DNA of 14,539 bases from the NCBI GenBank assembly GCA_042216335.1, contig JBDGTY010000072.1, forward strand, positions 1-14,539, written 5' to 3'. A model generated the notes under the pieces. It was not told the origin of the DNA. It saw only the letters and a list, made by a program, of their open reading frames with translations, and did not search any database. A program made the position numbers and the translations under genes. Positions 1-7,614 of the stretch are shown in pieces; the first letter of the stretch is position 1; each line of letters begins with the position of its first letter. The stretch comes from Candidatus Nanohalobium sp. (GTDB taxonomy: Archaea; Nanohalarchaeota; Nanosalinia; Nanosalinales; Nanosalinaceae).

Positions 1-2
1 TG

Positions 3-1109
3 GATGAAGATCCTGTCAGGAAGAGGAAAACCGAGCTTGTGGAGAGGAAGGGTGTCGGCCATCCGGATTCGATATGCGATGGGATAGCAGAGGCAGTTTC
101 TAGAAAGCTTTCCAAAGAATACAGGGAACGTTTCGGTCACATACTGCATCACAACACGGACGAGGTGCAGCTGGTCGCTGGAGAATCCAGACCCGAATTT
201 TCTGGCGGTGAGATCGTAACCCCGATCAAAGCGATACTGACGGGCCGGGCCACGCACGAGTTCCAGGGAGAAGAAGTCCCTGTAGAACGACTGGCGCTGG
301 AGGCAGCGAGAGATTACATCGATGAGAACTTCAAGGTTTTGAGTTCGGAGGATTTCGAGTTCAAGCCGATGATAGGCGAGACCTCGACCGACCTGAAGGC
401 GGTTTTCTCGGATGAGAAACCGCTCTCCAACGACACAAGCTTTGGAGTGGGGCACGCACCGCTCTCGCCTGTTGAGAAGTCCGTGCGGAAGATAGAGGAA
501 GAGGTGAGAAACATCAATGAAGTCGGAGAGGACGTGAAGGTCATGGCCCTGAGGGAAGATGGAAGGGTGAAGGCGACTGTGGCATGTGCGGTCATCGCCT
601 CAAGGGTCGACGACAGGGAGGAATACGAAGAGGTCCTGGAGGATGTGGAAGAGAAGACGCGTCACGTACTCGAGAACCACGGGCTGGAACCTGAGGTCCA
701 TGTCAACACTGCCGACACTGAGGAAAACGCCTACATCACGGAGACAGGAACCTCGGCGGAGATGGGAGATGACGGCAGTGTCGGAAGAGGAAACAGGATA
801 AACGGCCTGATAACGCCACACAGATCGATGAGCCTGGAGGCAGCTTCAGGCAAGAACCCTGTGACACACGTCGGGAAGATCTACAACTTCCTGGCCCGTG
901 AGATCGCAGAGGAGATCAACAGGAAGACAGGGGAGTTCGCAGAGGTCAAGCTACTTTCACAGATCGGCGCACCGCTCGACCAGCCTCAGAACGTCGAGGT
1001 TCAGACAGGAGCAAGCAGGGAAGTCGTTGAAGAAGTCGTTGAGGAGAAGCTGGATGGCGTCGAGGAAATAACGGACAGTATCCTGGACGAAAAAACCGGT
1101 ACTTTCTAG
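3..1109 (+). CDS. mat: Archaeal-type S-adenosylmethionine synthetase (5'-partial; frame is open from nt 3)
   Basis: Motifs of the archaeal MAT family: [14 protein letters not shown], [59 protein letters not shown], LLSQIGxPLDQP. There is no stop between nt 3 and the GTG at 39. Confidence 0.97.
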   Translation, partial: DEDPVRKRKTELVERKGVGHPDSICDGIAEAVSRKLSKEYRERFGHILHHNTDEVQLVAGESRPEFSGGEIVTPIKAILTGRATHEFQGEEVPVERLALEAARDYIDENFKVLSSEDFEFKPMIGETSTDLKAVFSDEKPLSNDTSFGVGHAPLSPVEKSVRKIEEEVRNINEVGEDVKVMALREDGRVKATVACAVIASRVDDREEYEEVLEDVEEKTRHVLENHGLEPEVHVNTADTEENAYITETGTSAEMGDDGSVGRGNRINGLITPHRSMSLEAASGKNPVTHVGKIYNFLAREIAEEINRKTGEFAEVKLLSQIGAPLDQPQNVEVQTGASREVVEEVVEEKLDGVEEITDSILDEKTGTF

Positions 1110-1132
1110 AAAAATAGGAGAAAAGTTGAGGT

Positions 1133-1324
1133 TTATACTACCCGGGAACCTGGCTCGAGGTTGTACTGGTTGTTCTCTTCCTTCCATTTCTCTGATTCAA
1201 GTTCGCTTGCGTAGCTTTCCAGAACCTCTTCCTCGAGAACATAGAGATCTTCCTCTGTCATATCTTCAGGTTCACCGAGAACCTCTTCAACAAAATCGTC
1301 CTTTTCCTCAGTCAGTTCATCCAT
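1133..1324 (-). CDS. Small acidic hypothetical protein (63 aa)
   Basis: Host-like Glu/Asp-rich composition. A Shine-Dalgarno-like GGGGTGAT lies just upstream of the ATG and an AT-rich TATA-like tract at about 1352-1370. Confidence 0.65.
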   Translation of the reverse strand: MDELTEEKDDFVEEVLGEPEDMTEEDLYVLEEEVLESYASELESEKWKEENNQYNLEPGSRVV

Positions 1325-1390
1325 ATATTGATCACCCCGGGAATCACGGGATTATATCTAAAGCTTTTAACACCCGAGAAAAACCGGCTT

Positions 1391-1405
1391 CGAAAGGTTT
1401 ATAAT
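1391..1405 (+). promoter_or_regulatory. Archaeal BRE/TATA promoter (CGAAAGG-TTTATAAT) with no protein gene downstream
   Basis: Purine-rich BRE followed by TTTATAA, about 25 nt upstream of the structured element at 1433-1486. Confidence 0.55.
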
Positions 1406-1429
1406 CGAGTCTGTAAGGCTTCTCCCCCA

Positions 1430-1490
1430 CAAGAGGACAGGTCAATAACGGCATGACCTCGGACTGACTTCCTGCCACACATCCTCATCT
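1430..1490 (+). ncRNA. Candidate small pseudoknotted RNA
   Basis: Helices GAGGA(1433-37)/TCCTC(1482-86), AGGTCA(1439-44)/TGACCT(1454-59) and GGA/TCC(1461-72). Loop GGCA(1450-53) can pair with TGCC(1473-76). It has an upstream promoter and a pyrimidine-rich tail. Confidence 0.35.
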
Positions 1491-1539
1491 ATCCTTCTAC
1501 ACTGCTCTGAACCAATTTTCAGGACCGAACCTTCTTTCT

Positions 1540-1556
1540 CGGAAACTTTTATAAAA
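1540..1556 (+). promoter_or_regulatory. BRE/TATA promoter of repeat unit 1
   Basis: CGGAAAC-TTTTATAA(1547-1554), about 22 nt before unit 1. An equivalent box precedes unit 2. Confidence 0.7.
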
Positions 1557-1575
1557 GCTGATGAACAAAGTAGAG

Positions 1576-1966
1576 ATGTGACTCACACAGACACGCACGC
1601 GTCTGCCGAGCATAGTACATCTAAGCCGGTCTGTGTGAGAACCTTCTATACAATTTTCTCTAATCTGAATATCCTGTATCGCTGATACAGGATCAGTAGG
1701 TTGGGGAAACCTGGCCTGGCTCACAACTCAGTGGGCCTCGGGCAAAAGGACTCAACCGAAAACAACCGGACTCGCCTCCTGCAGAACGAAAAGCAGAACT
1801 AAACAACTTTCATACCATTATAAACTCGACCAGCGTCAGCTAAATCCGGCAGAAAGGGTTGGAGAACACAAAACCTGGATCACACATCACACGGGACATG
1901 GTAACCACGGACATGAAAAACACATCGGAAAAGACCTGAGAAATCCCTATCTGATTTTCTCTTTTT
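1576..1966 (+). ncRNA. Structured RNA unit 1 (tandem paralog of 2101-2467; ncRNA or small-ORF mRNA)
   Basis: P1 CTCACACAGAC(1582-92)/GTCTGTGTGAG(1629-39). P2 ATCCTGTATC(1671-80)/GATACAGGAT(1684-93). P3 GGTTGGG(1699-1705)/CTCAACC(1751-57), capped by GGCTCAC-AACTCA-GTGGGCC(1718-37). P4 CCGGA(1766-70)/TCCGG(1845-49). T-rich end at 1955-1966. Confidence 0.7.
1578..1685 (+). CDS. Putative 35-aa peptide (GTG start) MTHTDTHASAEHSTSKPVCVRTFYTIFSNLNILYR
   Basis: Open frame from the predicted transcript start to the TGA in hairpin P2. It aligns in frame with the unit 2 peptide. The ATG at 1576 is followed directly by TGA, which weakens the call. Confidence 0.35.
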   Translation: MTHTDTHASAEHSTSKPVCVRTFYTIFSNLNILYR

Positions 1967-2063
1967 ATCTCTGCAGAGATGTTTTCACCAATCTCTATCT
2001 ATGGAAAACTTTTTTAAAGGTTTTTACAGGTTCGGTTGCTTCCTGAGCGAAACCTGCATTCTT

Positions 2064-2078
2064 CCGAACATTTATAAA
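2064..2078 (+). promoter_or_regulatory. BRE/TATA promoter of repeat unit 2
   Basis: CCGAACA-TTTATAAA(2071-2078), 22 nt before the ATG at 2101. Confidence 0.7.
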
Positions 2079-2100
2079 GGCCGGATGTTATTGTTAGTAT

Positions 2101-2202
2101 ATGTCTCACATGAGTCACTTCACGGCGAAATGTATCGGCTCTGTGAGGCATAAGTATACATTCTCAAATATCAGGTCCAATCTGTTTACCCTGTATAACT
2201 GA
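2101..2202 (+). CDS. Putative 33-aa leaderless peptide MSHMSHFTAKCIGSVRHKYTFSNIRSNLFTLYN
   Basis: ATG at the leaderless distance from the TATA box and TGA in the loop of P2. It shares VRxxYT and SNLxxLYx* with the unit 1 ORF. Confidence 0.4.
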   Translation: MSHMSHFTAKCIGSVRHKYTFSNIRSNLFTLYN

Positions 2203-2467
2203 ACAGGGTAAGTAGGTTGGCGCGTCTCCTTGCCTGGTTCTCAACTCAGGGAACCCGGGGCGAAGGAACCAACCGAAAGACATCGGACATCTCACTCCGA
2301 AACGAAAAACTCCAGACTTCACAAACACGACATACAACACACAAGACCTGACGAACACGCTCCGGACAGCAGATCAGGACCTGAAAAACCCTGTTAACAC
2401 GCACCACGAGGCACGATAACCACGACCCATTAAAAACAATTCAGAAACTCACGGAATTTTTCCTCTT
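2101..2467 (+). ncRNA. Structured RNA unit 2 (tandem paralog of 1576-1966)
   Basis: P1 ATGTCTCACA(2101-10)/TGTGAGGCAT(2142-51) plus GAGTC/GGCTC. P2 TTACCCTGT(2186-94)/ACAGGGTAA(2203-11). P3 GGTTGG(2215-20)/CCAACC(2269-74), capped by GGTTCTC-AACTCA-GGGAACC(2236-55). P4 TCGGA(2283-87)/TCCGG(2361-65). T-rich end near 2457. G-U pairs favour the + strand. Confidence 0.7.
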
Positions 2468-2473
2468 ACCTTT

Positions 2474-3256
2474 CTACTTCTTGAAAATCTCGGACAACTC
2501 CACTAAGTTCTCTGCGTCGTTCTCATCTGTCGTATTGCTCGAGGTGAAGATCTTGATGTTCTCGGGTCTGAAGGGCGGGCCGAGAAAACTCAAAGTCCTT
2601 AGACCGAACCTCATCAAACTTTTCGGAGCGGGTAGCAGGAAACAGCGGTAGCCTTCCTCCCTGTACATCTCGGTTGCCAGCTCACCCATCGAGTATTTTT
2701 CAGGGCCGGCAGCGTCCAGGGTCTCGTTGTCGAAGCTCTCGACTGTCTCCAGCACCACGCTGACAAGGTCGTCCCTCAAGATGGGCTGGGTTTCCGCGGG
2801 CAGATCCGGGAATATCCGTGTCGGCGCGAACCTCTTCATCAGTTCCAGAAGTTTGTTTCCCTGGCCGTAGACTGTGGAAGGCCGGACTATAGAATAATCC
2901 TTCCCTGATTCCCTGATCAACTCCTCGGCCTTTTCCTTCGTCCTGAAGAAGCTGTGGTCGACCTCTCCGACGCCGAGAGCGCTGAGGTACACAACTTTTT
3001 CACATTCCACTCCTTCCAGCATGTTCCCGGTTCCCTCGACATGCACCTGCTGATAGGCCTCTTCTGTGGCGAAACCCGGGGCCAGGCCGATGGTGTGGAT
3101 CAGTACGTCGAACTCCTCATCTATCTCAAAACTTTGAGTAACGTCTTCCCTGTAGTCGCCGGTGCTTCTGTCAAGGTACTTCACGTCGTAGAAAGTTTCG
3201 AGTTCGTCTCCTATGGCCTCTCCTATGAATCCTTTTCCCGCTACCAGGACTTTCAT
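2474..3256 (-). CDS. Atypical SDR / NAD-dependent epimerase family protein (NDUFA9-like)
   Basis: N-terminal Rossmann motif VLVAGKGFIG, plus VYLSALG, FFRTKEKAE (variant YxxxK), IVRPSTVYG and QPI..DDL. Confidence 0.88.
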   Translation of the reverse strand: MKVLVAGKGFIGEAIGDELETFYDVKYLDRSTGDYREDVTQSFEIDEEFDVLIHTIGLAPGFATEEAYQQVHVEGTGNMLEGVECEKVVYLSALGVGEVDHSFFRTKEKAEELIRESGKDYSIVRPSTVYGQGNKLLELMKRFAPTRIFPDLPAETQPILRDDLVSVVLETVESFDNETLDAAGPEKYSMGELATEMYREEGYRCFLLPAPKSLMRFGLRTLSFLGPPFRPENIKIFTSSNTTDENDAENLVELSEIFKK

Positions 3257-3350
3257 ACTTACATCTATCCCTGTTTACTCAAAAAGATGCTCGATTTCAG
3301 CCCAGGTTTTTATCGCTTGAAGGGTTAAGAGAGATGCGGGGGTTACAGAA

Positions 3351-4339
3351 GTGTCCGACGATTTCCAGCTCTCGAGGAGAAAGAGCCAGATAACCGGAAG
3401 GCTGGACGAGCTCGAGGAGAAAGAGGATTTCGAAGCGGAGTGGAGCGAAGAAACAATCCATAACCTGGTCGACCTGGCTAAGAAGGGCAAAATGCTTAGA
3501 GGAAGTCTTCTGCTCGAGGCCTGTGAGGCTCTGGACGGCCCTGAACCTGTCAACTATGCCACGGCGATCGAACTCATCCACACAGGCCTTCTCGTACACG
3601 ATGACATCATAGATGAGGACGATGAGAGAAGGGGAGTGGAGACCATCCACTCAAGGTACGGTGAGAGAGGTGAGAGATTTGGCGAAGGAGTCGCGATCTG
3701 CAGCGGCGACATAACGTTTTTCCTGGCTCTCGACCTTATCGCAGATTCGGGGGAACAGAGCGACCGGGCTCTACAGGCGATCTCGGAGTGTTTCATCAGG
3801 ACAGGCCTTGGTGAAATAATGGATGTAGAAACTCCCTGACCGCGGAAGAACCTGGAGAAGACGAGATAGAGAAGATGTACAGGGAGAAGACAGCCTCCTA
3901 CACCTTCGAGCTGCCGCTGAGGCTAGCATCCATTGTCTCAGATAGTCAAGACTCCAGAAAGCTCGCAGAGATTGGCAGAAATCTTGGAGTCCTCTTCCAG
4001 ATCAGGGACGACCACATAGAACTTTTCAGTAACGGCGAGACAGGAAAACCGGATCTCTCGGATATAATGCAGAACAAGAAGACGGTCCACAGGAGGAAGC
4101 TGCTGGAGAAAGCCGGGAACCCGGAACAGATTAAGGGAAAGATGGAGGGCGAGACCTCCAGGGAAGAGGCCGAGGAAGTGCTGGAAAGTTTCCGGGAGAA
4201 CGACGTAGAGGAGGTGATGCGTCAAGAAATTCGGGAAAGGAAGAGTAGACTGGAGAAAAAGATACAGGAACTGGAGAACGGCGGACTTTCCGAACTTCTA
4301 CATGATGTCGTCGAAATGGTTGTGGAGAGGCAGAAATAA
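3351..4339 (+). pseudogene. Polyprenyl diphosphate synthase (GGPPS/IdsA family), interrupted by a 1-nt frameshift near 3830 (may be a sequencing error)
   Basis: The first ORF has GKMLRG, ELIHTGLLVHDDIIDEDDERRG (first Asp-rich motif) and GEIMD. The second frame has EKTASYTF, LGVLFQIRDD and GKPDLSDIMQNKKT. One extra A in GAAAC joins them as DVENSLTAEEPGEDEIEKMYREKT. Confidence 0.9.
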
Positions 4340-4377
4340 GGGAAAAGTTATTATTCTGCCGCAGATATCAATAATAC

Positions 4378-5121
4378 GTGAATCTGGCCGGACTGCAGAA
4401 CCAGATGCTCAAGTCCTACTCTTCCTGGCTGAGGGAGCCGTACAGGGACAGAACCGAGGACGAGTTCCCTTTCGATGCATCGGTCGGCGGTTTCGGCGGT
4501 GAGGAGTACTGGAATGATTTTGGGGAAGCCGAGAATCCTGTGATCTATTCTCACGGTCTGGGCAGAACAGGTGCTGATGGAAGAGAGATATGCCTCGAAC
4601 TCCTGGGAAACGGTTACTCCGGCGGTGAACTGTACGCTGTGACCTACGGAAACTTCCTGCCCGGTCTTGAAGAAGGTGCGGAGCAGCTGGACGAACTTGT
4701 TGGAGAGGTGCTGGAGCATACAGGCGCTGAAGAAGTCGACATAGTAGGCCACAGCATGGGCGGCACAATACCGCTCTACATGATGAAGGAGCACGGCGAT
4801 GGAGATATCGGAACAGTCATCTCGCTCGGCGGCCCGGAGAAAGGATCCTACTGGAACGAATACCTGGAAACATGGGGGATACCCGCCAAAGACGAGATAA
4901 GCATCGAATCAGCCAGGAACGGCAAACTGGCGGGGCTCGACGAACACGAATTCGACGCCACCACAGTAACCGTCCAGGGCACAGAAGACTCCGCATACCC
5001 CGTCAGGGACCCAGAGGAGAGACATATAGGCCAGTACCAGATAACACTGGAAACGACACACGAAGGCCTCAAACACCCGAAGATAGTCGGCGAACTCGGC
5101 AGACAGTTCCTGAGAAACTAG
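4378..5121 (+). CDS. Alpha/beta-hydrolase, lipase/esterase type
   Basis: Oxyanion motif PVIYSHGLG, nucleophile elbow VDIVGHSMGG, candidate catalytic Asp in GTEDS and His in THEGL. Confidence 0.88.
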   Translation: MNLAGLQNQMLKSYSSWLREPYRDRTEDEFPFDASVGGFGGEEYWNDFGEAENPVIYSHGLGRTGADGREICLELLGNGYSGGELYAVTYGNFLPGLEEGAEQLDELVGEVLEHTGAEEVDIVGHSMGGTIPLYMMKEHGDGDIGTVISLGGPEKGSYWNEYLETWGIPAKDEISIESARNGKLAGLDEHEFDATTVTVQGTEDSAYPVRDPEERHIGQYQITLETTHEGLKHPKIVGELGRQFLRN

Positions 5122-6350
5122 CCTTTTTCTACTTTCCTGTCAAACTCCTCACGCATCAACTCCATCACTTCCGACTTCAGGTCCTCGATTTCGGACTCTA
5201 TCTCTTCCTGCCTATCCTCAAGGTTCCTGGATTCCTTCCGGGCGTCCTCCAGTTCTCTTTCCAGTCTCTCCTTCTCCTTCCGCATCTTCCGCCTGTCTTC
5301 CATGTACTCGTGGCTCTCTATCTCGTCCTCTAAACTGGTGATCTTTTCCTGCAGGTTCTCCAGTTTCTCCTTTCTCCCAGAGAAGTTCTTGAAGTAGCTT
5401 ACTCCCTGTAGAAGCCTCTGCCTGGTGGTGCTGTCCAGGAAGTCTCCCTCGACCGACTCCTCGACCGAGTTCGCAGCCTCCTCCACGACCTCGGGATCGT
5501 AGTTCAGTAACTCCTGTTTCTCACCATCCCTGATGCTGCGTAATGCTTCAGAGCCTTTACTCGATACTTTGCCGATCTTTCCCTCGTGAAGCATCTTCTT
5601 CAGCCCGCGCTCCATCCTACCCATCGACTTGCCTATATCCTTCAGTATTTCGTCCCTCTGTTCTCTGGAATCCTCCAGATCCTCCTGTTTCTCCCTGTAC
5701 TCTGTATGTACGGCGCTGTCTTCCAGCTGCTCGATGCCCTGCTTCTTCCTCTTGATCTCCTGCTCCAGCTCCTCTATCTCCTTTTCTCTGTCACTGTCGA
5801 TCGACTCGAGCTCCCCCTTTAACTCTTTCATCTCCTGCAGCTTCTTCCTGACTTCCTCGAACCTTTCTCTCGTCCTGTATTCGTCTTCTATAAACTCTTG
5901 GACTTCCTCATGGAGCTCTGTCAGTTCTTCAAGGCTCTCCGAGAACTCGTTCGCAACGCTGGCCTCCTCCAGCACTGCGCCCTGCTTCTGGCTCATCGAA
6001 TTGAACTCCCGCAGCAACACCTCCAGTTCAGAATCCAGTTCCTCAACGTTCTCCGGGGCGGAGAAGTCCTCCAGGATCCTCAGCCTCTCGCCGACAAAGT
6101 TCTCGATGTTGTCCTCCACGATCGCCCGCTGCTTGTGGTCGTCAAAGTCCTCAAGATCCTTTAAATCGGTTTTCAGCTCCTCCACGGCGGACTTTGTCCT
6201 CTCCCGGAACCTCTCCGATTCCTCGGCTATCCTGTCAAGTTCCTCACTCCTCTCCCTGCGGAAAACCCTCTCCGCATCCACGATTTTCTCCAGTTCCAGG
6301 GGCTCTTCCTCCCTTCCCAGTGCATCTTTCAGATTGTTTAGAATACTCAT
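5118..6350 (-). CDS. Acidic coiled-coil hypothetical protein (~410 aa; likely start MSILNNL at 6350)
   Basis: Long E/K/R/L-rich helical ORF with no Walker motifs. The in-frame ATG at 6350 avoids overlap with the upstream gene. Confidence 0.8.
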   Translation of the reverse strand: MSILNNLKDALGREEEPLELEKIVDAERVFRRERSEELDRIAEESERFRERTKSAVEELKTDLKDLEDFDDHKQRAIVEDNIENFVGERLRILEDFSAPENVEELDSELEVLLREFNSMSQKQGAVLEEASVANEFSESLEELTELHEEVQEFIEDEYRTRERFEEVRKKLQEMKELKGELESIDSDREKEIEELEQEIKRKKQGIEQLEDSAVHTEYREKQEDLEDSREQRDEILKDIGKSMGRMERGLKKMLHEGKIGKVSSKGSEALRSIRDGEKQELLNYDPEVVEEAANSVEESVEGDFLDSTTRQRLLQGVSYFKNFSGRKEKLENLQEKITSLEDEIESHEYMEDRRKMRKEKERLERELEDARKESRNLEDRQEEIESEIEDLKSEVMELMREEFDRKVEKG

Positions 6351-6381
6351 GTACAAGTGTATGTGGTTCAAGCTTATGACT

Positions 6382-6837
6382 TTACTCCTCTGCATTCTCC
6401 GTCCTGGAGTCCGTCCCGATCTCGAAAATCGCGGTGTAGAGGCCTGCTCTCAAGGTCTGACTGTAACTCTCAAGATCCGGGCCGCCAGGTATCTCGCCGT
6501 AGAACTGCCCGGCTTCAATTCCTGCGCCGCACAGGGCACCGGCACCAATCATAGTCATATACTTCGGAATATCAGTCTCAAAATGCTCATCAACACCGGA
6601 GTAATGATAGCCCAGCTCCGCAGCAAGAGAAGAAGCCATTCCAGCCCCCACGTGACCCCAGAAATCACCTAGCTCCGGACTGCCCTCAAGATACTGGTCG
6701 ACAGCAGCATAAGACGCCGCAACAGCGCTAGCAGCCAGCAAACCCACACGGGTCACGTCCTCACGGCCACGAGTCCCATCCATGAAACTCTTCAGTCTAC
6801 GCTCGTCCTCAAGAACGTCTTCATCTAGGTTACTCAT
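6382..6837 (-). CDS. Hypothetical membrane protein, weakly VanZ-like
   Basis: Several Ala/Gly-rich hydrophobic segments with a D..GH...E..Q...D pattern. The ATG at 6837 lies about 27 nt from a TTTAAG box. Confidence 0.65.
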   Translation of the reverse strand: MSNLDEDVLEDERRLKSFMDGTRGREDVTRVGLLAASAVAASYAAVDQYLEGSPELGDFWGHVGAGMASSLAAELGYHYSGVDEHFETDIPKYMTMIGAGALCGAGIEAGQFYGEIPGGPDLESYSQTLRAGLYTAIFEIGTDSRTENAEE

Positions 6838-6883
6838 CAAGAAAAGCACTGTTCAGACAAAACTTAAACAGTTCAAAATGAGG

Positions 6884-6926
6884 GTAGAAAAAGAAAGGTC
6901 GGGCCGAAGAATTGCTAACTCACACC
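6884..6926. repeat. Imperfect direct repeat of 7620-7665
   Basis: GTAGAAAAAGAAAGGTCGGGCCGAAGAATTGC versus GTAGAAAAAACAAGGGCGGGCCGAAGAGTTAC: 27 of 32 identical, followed by CTCAC(A/G)CC in both. Confidence 0.7.
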
Positions 6927-7348
6927 TATATCTGATCTGTGTAGAACTCCTGTATTACTTCTCCGGTTGTATAGACTTCAGAAACCTCCTGTTCCTGTAG
7001 ATCGCTGTCATCACTCCAGATAACTCCATCTATGGCCAGTGCCGCTGCAAGGAAGATCACATCGTCCTCATCTACTTCGGCAAGTTCCTGCTTTGCCTCT
7101 TCAACATGCCCGTCTATTTCATCTTCGTGTAAGATCTCGATATATTTGAAAAGCCTGTCAAGCAGTTCCTCAACTTCCTCATCTTCCAACCCGGACTTCT
7201 CCGCTATCAATCCACGGTAACTCTCTATCTCCCTGTAAATGGCTTCGGGAGCAACCAGCCTCTCATCCATGTTTACTACAAGCTCCCGGGTCTTGGAATC
7301 AGCGATAGCCGCGGAAAGAAGTACGTTCGTATCGACAACGATAGCCAT
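6926..7348 (-). CDS. vapC: PIN-domain ribonuclease toxin (VapC family)
   Basis: PIN acidic motifs VVDTNVLLSA, EI, DEDDVIFLAAAL and IWSDDSDL. Confidence 0.9.
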   Translation of the reverse strand: MAIVVDTNVLLSAAIADSKTRELVVNMDERLVAPEAIYREIESYRGLIAEKSGLEDEEVEELLDRLFKYIEILHEDEIDGHVEEAKQELAEVDEDDVIFLAAALAIDGVIWSDDSDLQEQEVSEVYTTGEVIQEFYTDQI

Positions 7349-7350
7349 CT

Positions 7351-7560
7351 CTAGACACGTGCATCCCTGTTGATCTTCCGGCTCAGCTCCTCTACATCCT
7401 CCTCGGTAAGCTCGCTCCTCGAAGCGATCTCATCCATAACCTCCAAGTCGTCTATCTTCTCCTTTATCGCCTGTCTGGCAACCTCGCTCCAGTTCATCTC
7501 CGGATGCTCATCCATCTTCCGCTTCAACTCGTCGCCAACCGACACAGTAACATTCGACAT
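7351..7560 (-). CDS. Ribbon-helix-helix antitoxin (VapB-like, 69 aa)
   Basis: MSNVTVSVGDELKRKM...NWSEVARQAI RHH pattern. It lies directly upstream of the PIN gene, with a TATA box at about 7583-7590. Confidence 0.85.
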   Translation of the reverse strand: MSNVTVSVGDELKRKMDEHPEMNWSEVARQAIKEKIDDLEVMDEIASRSELTEEDVEELSRKINRDARV

Positions 7561-7614
7561 ATGTGAAAACTGTGCAAGCAAAGTTTAAAACTTTATCTTA
7601 GGAGCGACAAGAAA

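Noticed and set aside
1683-1757. UGA followed by a hairpin with a GAA/A internal loop, resembling an archaeal SECIS element (selenocysteine readthrough)
   Set aside because: Unit 2 lacks the GAA, and its frame hits TAA two codons after the UGA, so readthrough is not conserved.
1682-1761. Hammerhead ribozyme (CTGA...GAAA in both units)
   Set aside because: The CUGANGA core is not present (CTGATAC, CTGAACA) and the CTGA is tied up in hairpin P2.
2027-2056. Resemblance to the SAM/SAH riboswitch (GCTTCCTG..GCG in a hairpin; also GGTCA..AACGGC..TGACC at 1440-1458) near the SAM synthetase gene
   Set aside because: The downstream GGAGC pseudoknot partner is absent, the motifs are incomplete, and the elements lie 3' of mat rather than in its leader.
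2164-2358. Minus-strand ORFs over the RNA units (2164-2358 and 1497-1724)
   Set aside because: They do not correspond between the two units and reflect the complement of A/C-rich sequence. Promoters and G-U pairs favour the + strand.
1390-2470. CRISPR array in the long intergenic region
   Set aside because: No short identical repeats with regular spacers; the repetition is a two-copy ~520-nt unit.
3834-3839. CCC-TGA programmed +1 frameshift site in the prenyl synthase
   Set aside because: The continuation is in the -1 frame. The +1 frame is unrelated sequence that ends in a stop.
5118-6350. SMC/Rad50-like ATPase
   Set aside because: Coiled-coil composition only; no Walker A/B or ABC signature motif.
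5629-6672. 347-aa Ser-rich + strand ORF and similar antisense ORFs (314-595, 7032-7220, 8515-9111, 9928-10122 and others)
   Set aside because: These are shadow frames of Glu-rich genes on the opposite strand, with no motifs.
6884-6926. Integron attC site after vapC
   Set aside because: No clear RYYYAAC/GTTRRRY pair with L boxes and no long attC-type palindrome.
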